From positions 880-64,879 of the forward strand of contig JAQWFD010000019.1 in assembly GCA_028704555.1 (NCBI GenBank): 64,000 nt of DNA, written 5' to 3'. Source of the DNA: Desulfobacterales bacterium (GTDB taxonomy: Bacteria; Desulfobacterota; Desulfobacteria; Desulfobacterales; JAQWFD01). Below, in pieces: positions 55,712-63,088 of this stretch (within the stretch, counting starts at the first letter, position 1; every line of letters starts with the position of its first letter). A model generated the notes under the pieces. The model was not told the origin of the DNA, ran no database searches, and saw only the letters and a program-made list of their open reading frames with translations. Position numbers and translations under genes: made by a program.

Positions 55712-56173
55712 ATGTATATGATAACAGAACGACTGAAAAACGATAGGGGTTTTACCCTGATCGAGATTATATCCGTCTTGCTCATCATAGCAATTATCAG
55801 TGCGGTGATTTTGACTCGAACTACGATGACAAATGAAGCAACGCTGCGGGCGGAAACCGATACGCTCAAAGCCCATCTCAGGTATGCACAGACGCTGGCG
55901 ATGAATGATGCCCCCCCGATCCAGTGGGGGATAGAGGTCAAAGAATCCTCTTACACGCTTGTCAAAAAGACCAACGATGCCGACACAACCGATGACGTTG
56001 TCAGTCCTTTCAGTCTTCCCAATGAATCTTCCAAAAAACACGCTTTTTCCTCTATCACGGCAACGCCGGCTACCGTCTGGTTTGACGATTGGGGGAGTCC
56101 TTCCGGCGATTTGTCTTTAACGCTCGGCGGGAAAACCATCACGATCACTTCAAACACGGGATTCATACCATGA
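55712..56173 (+). CDS. GspH/FimT-like pseudopilin (prepilin-type N-terminal methylation domain)
   Basis: Leader then GFTLIEIISVLLIIAIISAVIL. The LKAHLRYAQTLAM segment is typical of GspH/FimT-type minor pilins. Confidence 0.8.
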   Translation: MYMITERLKNDRGFTLIEIISVLLIIAIISAVILTRTTMTNEATLRAETDTLKAHLRYAQTLAMNDAPPIQWGIEVKESSYTLVKKTNDADTTDDVVSPFSLPNESSKKHAFSSITATPATVWFDDWGSPSGDLSLTLGGKTITITSNTGFIP

Positions 56174-56829
56174 AATCCCATATGAAAAATAATGGGGCCG
56201 GGTTTACCCTTCTCGAATTCATCATTGTGCTGCTTGTTGCCGCAATCATGGCCTCCATGCTTTATACATACTTCGGATCAGCCTTGACCCAGAGCAGCCT
56301 GCCTGTTCTGAGATTCCAGAAATCGTTGAATCTGGATCAGGTTATGGAAAATATCATAGCGGACTATAATGAACTTAATACCATTAATTTGCGCAGCGTC
56401 TGGCAAAAGTCAACCGATTATCGCACGGGTTCAGTTATCATACCGACCGTCAGCAATGGTCATTATTATAAATGCACAACGGCAGGAACCAGCGGCTCAA
56501 CCGAGCCGGAATGGCTGAAAGCGACAGCACCCGACGAGACCGTAACCGATGGCGACGATGTAATCTGGAAGGAAATTGGCACCATCCTGTACGGAAGTGA
56601 TCCAGCTTGGTGCCTTAAGGGCCGCCTTGAAGCTGACCCGGACCGATACGATCCTGACAATTCCGGTTATACGGTAGTTCCAGACCCGGGAACCCGGTTT
56701 ATCAAATTCATCGATGGCGTTGAATCCGGAGTTGACAGCGGTGATGAACTAGACCTCCTGAAGGTAACGATAACGATATCAAACAACGATACCAATGAAA
56801 CACTTACGCAGATTTTTACGATTCGATGA
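56170..56829 (+). CDS. prepilin-type minor pilin
   Basis: ATGA overlap with the upstream gene. MKSHMKNNGAGFTLLEFIIVLLVAAIMA. Confidence 0.8.
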   Translation: MKSHMKNNGAGFTLLEFIIVLLVAAIMASMLYTYFGSALTQSSLPVLRFQKSLNLDQVMENIIADYNELNTINLRSVWQKSTDYRTGSVIIPTVSNGHYYKCTTAGTSGSTEPEWLKATAPDETVTDGDDVIWKEIGTILYGSDPAWCLKGRLEADPDRYDPDNSGYTVVPDPGTRFIKFIDGVESGVDSGDELDLLKVTITISNNDTNETLTQIFTIR

Positions 56830-57359
56830 AAAAGGGACAGATCATGCGGAAAACACGGTTGAACAGAAAAGGATTTACCCTCATCGAAATCATCGTTGTT
56901 CTGACGCTGGTGGGAATTACGTCCGTGCTGGCGGGCATGTGGATCGTTTCGATGGTAAACGGATATATCTTTACAAAACTGAATGCAGAAACCGCCCAAA
57001 AAGGGCAACTTGCCATGACAAGGCTTTCCCGGGAGTTTACCATCATAAATTTGATTACCAGTTCCAGCGATACGCAAATCACATATAAGAGAACCGACCC
57101 GGAATTAAAAACCGCGGGGCCTTTTACGGTAAAACTAACCGGCGATTTACTTCAACTGAATACCAGTGATGGGGATTATACACTGGCCGACAATGTGAGC
57201 GCCTTTACATTGCAATATTGTGATTCTCTCGATTCTCTCGATTCTTGCGGATCGAGCTGGTTGCCGACTTCGAGAATTATAAAATTCAAAATCACACTCA
57301 AGGGAGCCAACAATGTTGAATCTGAATTTGTCCGGCACGTTGTTCCAAGAAATTTATGA
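56826..57359 (+). CDS. prepilin-type minor pilin (PilW/GspJ-like)
   Basis: ATGA overlap with the upstream gene. ..NRKGFTLIEIIVVLTLVGITSVLAG. Confidence 0.8.
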   Translation: MKKGQIMRKTRLNRKGFTLIEIIVVLTLVGITSVLAGMWIVSMVNGYIFTKLNAETAQKGQLAMTRLSREFTIINLITSSSDTQITYKRTDPELKTAGPFTVKLTGDLLQLNTSDGDYTLADNVSAFTLQYCDSLDSLDSCGSSWLPTSRIIKFKITLKGANNVESEFVRHVVPRNL

Positions 57360-57362
57360 TTT

Positions 57363-59150
57363 ATGCAGGAACTGCAACATATTAAGGACAAAGGGATGAA
57401 AATACTTTTCCCGGTAAAAGCTGAAACCGGTCGTCATCGTTCTGAAAAATTTCTGTCAGGCTCATCTCGAAAAGGGTCTGTTCTCATAGGACTGATTATC
57501 ACGATGATCGTCATGCTGGCCCTGGGGGCCGGCATGCATTCTCTGACGACAACCTCGACGATGAATGAACTTTCTGCCGGCAATCATTCGCGAGCATATT
57601 ATACGGCTGAATCCGGTGGCCGGTACGCAATTTCCGTAATCCGGGAGGCTGCTACAAAAGAAGAAGATATCAGCACCCTATTGGACGATCTGGAGGCCGG
57701 GTCCTTCAGGATGTCCAACGGCGACAAATTCGAAATTGAAATTTTATCGGTGGAAACCGATCCTGATACAGGCGCGGATACGGTGACCTTTTACTCGACA
57801 AGCACCGTAAGCGCCGGCAATCTTCAGGCAAAAAGGCAATTAAAATATGGCGTACAGCTCGGAAATCAAGCGGGAAGCGAAACCGCCACGATACCGCAGG
57901 AAATTACGCTGAGCGATCTGGCAGACGCGTCCGGACATACTTCCACAGGTAATTTTGAGACAGTTGAGCTGGAGGGGGATACGGATAATACGGCGCTGGA
58001 AATTACCAAGACAACCGGCGGTTCAGGTCAGGGGAATCAGCCTTCGACAGAGGCGTATGTTTCGCTGTCCTCCGGAAGCTCCAACCCGATTTACCTGAGC
58101 TGGGACATTGCGGGCAGCTACCTGAGTTACGATATTCAGGCGAAAGTCGCCACGGGAGGGGATCCAGACACGAATTCCTTCAGCAATAAACCGGATACTT
58201 ACTGCGCCGGAATCATGTTCCGGGCCGGAACAACCTTATCCCAGCAGTCCACCTTTTACGGTTTATCCTACATGCGCACCAAGACAGGAAATGGGCAAAG
58301 CAGCGATGGTATTGCAGATTCCATGCTCCCCGCTGAGTCGGCATCGGAAAAAGCCATGCTCATTTTGTGGACAAGAAATGGGAACCAGGGCAATGGTGAC
58401 GACAACTGGCTGGCCTACAAACTTCTGGATGAAACCAGCGGAAGCGATTATGTCATCGACACCGACGGGCATGTTAAGGATTGGTCCACGATCCTGGCGC
58501 GTGTGATTGAGGCCGCATCTGTAAAATTGACGGTGCTCACGGCTCCGGATATTCATATTGGCGACATCATTGCGGCTGATTCAGGAAGTGCAACCGCAAA
58601 AGTTATCAGAAAAATCAACGACAGCGACGGAAACGTGGTGCTCCTGCTGAACAATGTGGACGACGGGTTCACCCGCCCGACGATGATCGACAGCTACTAT
58701 ACGGACAGCACCTGGGGATACCGTTCTCGCGACAACTATATCTGGGGGTTCTATGCTGACACCGCAAGCCATTCTACGCCGGATGAAACGCCCCTGAACA
58801 ATGCCCGATACGGCAATAGCCGCAGCGCCGCTGACCTGAAGTGGCCGGTGGCCGATGTGCAGGCATGGACAGCAGATACCGACAATTTTTCATTGGTGCA
58901 GTGGAATGCAACCCTCAACACCGATCAGGACACCTCGCTCCACAGGATGGGAGCGGGAAAAGATGCCAACGGGATTATCCGGACAAACAAATGGACGACC
59001 GAAGCGTATGACGCAGACGATTTTCCTCCCGAAATGGGTGTAGTTTCCCTGGGTGAAAATTCGGTAGACACCTATTTTGATGATTTGACCTATTACCTTC
59101 AGGAAGAATCCGGCAGCAGCGGGGGCGGCGGTTCAGTAATTCAATATTAA
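57363..59150 (+). CDS. large PilX-N-like pilus-associated protein
   Basis: Hydrophobic N-terminal helix GSVLIGLIITMIVMLALGAG followed by NHSRAYYTAESGGRYA (PilX_N-like). The C-terminal region of about 480 aa is unassigned. Confidence 0.7.
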   Translation: MQELQHIKDKGMKILFPVKAETGRHRSEKFLSGSSRKGSVLIGLIITMIVMLALGAGMHSLTTTSTMNELSAGNHSRAYYTAESGGRYAISVIREAATKEEDISTLLDDLEAGSFRMSNGDKFEIEILSVETDPDTGADTVTFYSTSTVSAGNLQAKRQLKYGVQLGNQAGSETATIPQEITLSDLADASGHTSTGNFETVELEGDTDNTALEITKTTGGSGQGNQPSTEAYVSLSSGSSNPIYLSWDIAGSYLSYDIQAKVATGGDPDTNSFSNKPDTYCAGIMFRAGTTLSQQSTFYGLSYMRTKTGNGQSSDGIADSMLPAESASEKAMLILWTRNGNQGNGDDNWLAYKLLDETSGSDYVIDTDGHVKDWSTILARVIEAASVKLTVLTAPDIHIGDIIAADSGSATAKVIRKINDSDGNVVLLLNNVDDGFTRPTMIDSYYTDSTWGYRSRDNYIWGFYADTASHSTPDETPLNNARYGNSRSAADLKWPVADVQAWTADTDNFSLVQWNATLNTDQDTSLHRMGAGKDANGIIRTNKWTTEAYDADDFPPEMGVVSLGENSVDTYFDDLTYYLQEESGSSGGGGSVIQY

Positions 59151-59177
59151 ACACGGACAAGGCATCTTGCCTCGCCC

Positions 59178-59288
59178 CCCGGCAACCCCTTCTCGCCCAT
59201 CCGCCCTGAACCGGGCAGCCCTTCAGCCGTTTCGGTTTCCGAAGACAAGCCGGTACGCCGCCGCTGACCCCGCCCGTGAAATCACAAC
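59178..59288 (-). pseudogene. roughly 110-bp fragment of a GspH-like pseudopilin gene
   Basis: Aligns by eye with 61675-61804 (..CCCTTCAGC.GTTTCGGTTTCCGAA..GACCCCGCCCGTGAAATCACAAC). Confidence 0.6.
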
Positions 59289-59403
59289 CACTGCAATGGG
59301 ACAGGCAAACTATACACACACAAAAAAAAAACCACTTGAATATACTCAATAATTAAAAAAAGAACCTGTTTATCGGAATTTATTTTTCATACGAATACGA
59401 TAA

Positions 59404-59566
59404 GGGACTCTGGATTTTCAAAAATACCATTTATCGTTATCGTCATGCCCGAATGCTTTTATCGGGCATCCAGCAAAGATCCTGGCTGGATTCCCGCTCA
59501 AAAGCATTGCGGGAATGACGGCACTTTGAGACTCGACAACCGGTAAATTAGTAATTTCCGTATCCC
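59404..59566 (+). repeat. MITE/REP-like element, copy B
   Basis: GGGACTCTGGATTTTCAAAA..ATGCCCGAATG.TTTTATCGGGCAT..TTCCCGCTCAA.AGCATTGCGGGAATGACGG..AATTAGTAATTTCCGTATCCC. Confidence 0.85.
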
Positions 59567-59677
59567 TAAGTGATGACCAGGGGAGAGTCAAATATGGATA
59601 AGACATAAAAATAACGCCAGACCTACATGACTGCAGGGTCACAATTCACAAAAATCTTTTTTTCTTCGGGATTGGTC

Positions 59678-60610
59678 CTAAATCGATTCTGAAAGACGCT
59701 TTAACGAGTACATCCCGTTGAGCCCTTTAACGGGCTTCGGCTTTTTTTCAGTCCCGGATTGAAACAGATGCTTGAAACGCTGATAATTCTCCGCAACAAA
59801 CGCTTTTGTTCCAATAATTCCTGAATCTGTAAAATATCGGGTACGGTATCGGAACCTTTTTATCCTGCCTATATTAAATCCGCTATCCCGTTCTTTTTCT
59901 AAAATTTTCTTATCAATCACCTTAACAAAATTTTTATCCGTTCGATTGACAGCCCCCGCTTCATAGACATATCGTCGATAGCGTCTCAATCTCTCCCTTT
60001 CATCCGGTACCCCAAATTCAACCAGACCAAAATCAAAAGAAAGGAAACCATCCTTATTGCCCTGCTGTACATGATATCCGAGCGAATTCCAGCGATAATC
60101 TTCAGGACGACTGACGATACCGGCACGAAGAGGATTCAAATCGATATAGGCCAGACAGTTTATCAGGGTTTCGCCGTTTTCTACGATACAACTTTTAAAC
60201 CGCTCTCCCCACAGGGTACCTCTTCTGTTATGCAATTTATTATAATACCTTGAAAAGCGCTGTTTGATTTCTCTTACAAATTCAGAGAGACTAGACCACT
60301 TGCTCCGATAATACGAAATTTTTTCTCTCGAAAATTCGTCATCATTCCCGTAAAAACGTTCATACCGCTCCTTTATCTCCTTATCAGAAAACCGGTTCTC
60401 AGGAATCATTCGAACTAGTACATGGAAGTGATTGCTCATTATACAAAAACCCAATATTTCAGCAAAATAAAGCAAACTGAACCGCCGGATTATATCAACC
60501 ATCTGGTCTTTTTCGACATCCTGAAAAGGAAAACCGTCCAACGCCGTCCGGGACATAACATGATACACTGTCCTTTGATCAGAAACTATCATTCGAGAAG
60601 TTCTCGGCAT
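59678..60610 (-). CDS. Y1 (HUH) transposase, IS200-like, apparently intact
   Basis: HUH motif SNHFHVLV and catalytic Tyr context YIDLNPLRAGIV. Confidence 0.85.
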   Translation of the reverse strand: MPRTSRMIVSDQRTVYHVMSRTALDGFPFQDVEKDQMVDIIRRFSLLYFAEILGFCIMSNHFHVLVRMIPENRFSDKEIKERYERFYGNDDEFSREKISYYRSKWSSLSEFVREIKQRFSRYYNKLHNRRGTLWGERFKSCIVENGETLINCLAYIDLNPLRAGIVSRPEDYRWNSLGYHVQQGNKDGFLSFDFGLVEFGVPDERERLRRYRRYVYEAGAVNRTDKNFVKVIDKKILEKERDSGFNIGRIKRFRYRTRYFTDSGIIGTKAFVAENYQRFKHLFQSGTEKKPKPVKGLNGMYSLKRLSESI

Positions 60611-60782
60611 GATACACTCCTTTCTTAAAGGATTGGCTGAACAAATATCGTTGCACTAATCCTGCAATTATATTTGCTTTGTTAAGGATAATTTGTATGA
60701 AATATTTATTTTTGATGATTGTTTATTATCTATTCATTTCAGTCATGACTGTCAAGTCATAATTTGCCTGTCCCATTTTTTT

Positions 60783-61319
60783 TTATTCCTTAAAAGAGTC
60801 CACCGACCAATACGCGGGATGTTCAAGGGTGGCAGGGGCCCGCTCCACATATGCCAGCTCCCCCTGGAATGTCAGCTCCACTTTATAGGCCGTTCCCGAA
60901 CTGGCATTTCCATAGGATTTATGCACACACAACCAATTTTCACCTTCGTCCCCGTCTGTACCGCCTTCACTATAGGTGTGGCCGGGATCCAGGTAGGGGT
61001 CCATATCGGCGTAAATATTTCTATCAAAATCGAAAACACTGTCTGTGCTCTCGTCTGCCAACATGTATTTGGCCCACAACTGATGTTCACGGGCGTTGTA
61101 CTCTGCAATCCCAGCGTATATCACCTTGCGTCTGGCCTCTTTTTGAAAATCCATGTAGCGCGGGACAGCCACCGCGGTCAGAATCCCCAGCAATAATAAA
61201 ACAGCAATAATTTCAATGAGCGTAAAGCCCCTGTGATCCATTTTCTTTTTTGCAATCCACTCAATTTTCATACCAGTAGTCAAAGGGGATAGGAACTTTC
61301 TTTTTGTTAAAAAAAACAT
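60783..61319 (-). CDS. type IV pilin-like protein (major-pilin type), paralogue 2
   Basis: ..MDHRGFTLIEIIAVLLLLGILTAVAVPRYMDF. The likely start is at 61271 or 61241. Confidence 0.8.
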   Translation of the reverse strand: MFFLTKRKFLSPLTTGMKIEWIAKKKMDHRGFTLIEIIAVLLLLGILTAVAVPRYMDFQKEARRKVIYAGIAEYNAREHQLWAKYMLADESTDSVFDFDRNIYADMDPYLDPGHTYSEGGTDGDEGENWLCVHKSYGNASSGTAYKVELTFQGELAYVERAPATLEHPAYWSVDSFKE

Positions 61320-61436
61320 AAAAGCTCTCCAAAATTTGAATTTTTATCTTCACCCTGATACAGGTACAACATTGTCTCTGTATTAGGAGAACAAATTTTT
61401 CTCACAGCCATGCACCGCTCAGGGGGCCATTTTTTA

Positions 61437-61880
61437 TCAATATTGAGTCATCCCGTCCGGTCCTCCGCCGAGGCCCTCCACTTTTAATTCAAAATCATCA
61501 AAGAACTGATCGTTGCTGGCGTTGGAGTCGTAAAAAGCATGCACGCCGATTTCATCCGGTTGCAGGATATCGAAATTTTCCGAAGTCAATTTGAACGGTC
61601 ACTTTCAAAAGATCCTTCGAATCACCGTCATCGGCATCGGCATCGGCTTCTTCATCGCCTGCAGGGTAAAACCGATCCCCCAGGAAACCTTGTCGCTCAT
61701 CGCCCGGAACTGGGCATAGCGCAGATGGCCCTTCAGCGTTTCGGTTTCCGAAACCCGCCGGTAGACGCCGTTGACCCCGCCCGTGAAATCACAACGGCGC
61801 TGATGATACCGATGATCATCAGCACCGATATGACTTCGCTCAGGGTGCTCTGCCCCTGCCGGTGCTACTATCTTTTCCAA
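61437..61880 (-). pseudogene. deletion relic: frameshifted GspH-like pseudopilin 5' part joined to the last ~54 codons of a PilX-like large protein
   Basis: Three pieces lie in three different reading frames. (1) GQSTLSEVISVLMIIGIISAVVISRAG. (2) ETETLKGHLRYAQFRAMSDKVSWGIGF, compare 55712 protein. (3) ..GVHAFYDSNASNDQFFDDFELKVEGLGGGPDGMTQY*, compare the end of the 57363-59150 protein. Confidence 0.7.
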
Positions 61881-62305
61881 GTGGCAGGTGCAGTTGTCGT
61901 GGAAGGAGTCCTGGTTAACGCAACGCCAGTTGCGCTTTGAAAGGATAATGTTCCACCAGTATCAGTAGGGCCGCCGCCGTCAGCCCAAGTGTAATTATCA
62001 GTTCCTAAGTCTGTGTCGTAGCCGGTATTCGCAGGAGTCATGAGGGCGCCATCGATAGTCGCATCAGTGAGACCGTCTGCCCAGGTGGCTGTCGATAATT
62101 TTGCCTTACCCCAAACGAGAGCTTCTCTGGAATTCAATTCAGCAATTCCGGCATCGATGGCCCTATCTTTGGCTTCCACTGTCAAATCTATATACTTTGG
62201 AACCGCCACTGCCGCCAGAATACCCAGCAAAATCAGCACCGCAATAATTTCAATCAACGTAAAACCTTTTTCATTGTTTAAAATCCGATTTTTTCTTTTT
62301 TCCAT
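61868..62305 (-). CDS. type IV pilin-like protein (major-pilin type), paralogue 1
   Basis: MEKRKNRILNNEKGFTLIEIIAVLILLGILAAVAVPKYIDL. AAAGGA RBS and a sigma-54 promoter upstream. Confidence 0.85.
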   Translation of the reverse strand: MEKRKNRILNNEKGFTLIEIIAVLILLGILAAVAVPKYIDLTVEAKDRAIDAGIAELNSREALVWGKAKLSTATWADGLTDATIDGALMTPANTGYDTDLGTDNYTWADGGGPTDTGGTLSFQSATGVALTRTPSTTTAPATWKR

Positions 62306-62370
62306 TTTTAAATCCTTTCATGAATAAAAATTTATAAACGCAATAAGCGATGAACCATAACTTTAAGCTA

Positions 62371-62386
62371 AGCATAACCCGTGCCA
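62371..62386 (-). promoter_or_regulatory. sigma-54 (-24/-12) promoter for the pilin gene
   Basis: The minus strand reads TGGCACGGGTTATGCT against the consensus TGGCACG-N4-TTGCW. GG and GC have the correct spacing. Lies about 67 nt upstream of the ATG at 62305. Confidence 0.65.
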
Positions 62387-62559
62387 AGGTTATCCCCTGT
62401 TTAGCCAAAGGGTGCTGCCCGGAGGGGCGGAGGCTTTGCTCCCTTGAGGCTGTATAAGATAAAAGCCGCCGGTTTCCTGCCTCTTGCCTGGGGTGATGAA
62501 AATCAGCCATGCTGACCCAATTTTTGCTTTGAAAATTATCAATAGGCTGAAGGCTCAAA

Positions 62560-62607
62560 GCTGAAAGCTCAACAGGGCAAACCAGCTGATATTTTTGAGC
62601 TTTCAGC
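62560..62607. promoter_or_regulatory. inverted repeat, candidate enhancer (UAS) for the sigma-54 activator
   Basis: GCTGAAAGCTCAA-N22-TTGAGCTTTCAGC, about 175-220 bp upstream of the -24 element. A related sequence at 16451-16480 means it may instead be part of a repeat family. Confidence 0.3.
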
Positions 62608-62842
62608 ATTCAGCTTCGAGCTTACGCGGAACAAAAATGGAATCATACCAAAAAACTGGGTTAAGAGTATTTTCACCACTCCACCTCTTGCCTCAAGCGA
62701 AGTGCTCCTCCAAGAATAGCGCGCCTCAGTCCGCGTCCGCAGAACGCGAACTTTTAAAACCTGCGCGGTATCCCGGTTTTAACGCATCAGCTTGCCATTA
62801 TCTACATTTTATGGAGATTGATCTCCATAATATGAGGACTCA

Positions 62843-63085
62843 GGGACTCTGGATTTTCAAAAGTACTATTTATCGTTATCGTCATGCCCGAATGTTTTTA
62901 TCGGGCATCCAGCAAAGGGCCTGGATTCCCGCTCAACAGCATTGCGGGAATGACGGGCACTTTCATTGCGGGAATGACGGGCACTTTTTCATTGCGGGAA
63001 TGACGAGCACCTTGAGACTCAACAACCGGTCAAATGACGGCACCTTGAAACTTGACAATCGGTCAATTAGTAATTTCCGTATCCC
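62843..63085 (+). repeat. MITE/REP-like element, copy C (expanded)
   Basis: Same family as copies A and B. It carries an internal triplication of CATTGCGGGAATGACGGGCACTT (62940-63013) and a duplicated ~27-bp segment. Ends 3 nt from the activator stop codon. Confidence 0.85.
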
Positions 63086-63088
63086 TTG

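Noticed and set aside
61320-61440. A second sigma-54 promoter upstream of the pilin gene at 60783-61319 (TGGCCCCCTGAGCGGTGCA).
   Set aside because: The GG and GC elements are not at the required spacing. The GC falls 2 nt too early, and the alternative TGCA falls 3 nt too late.
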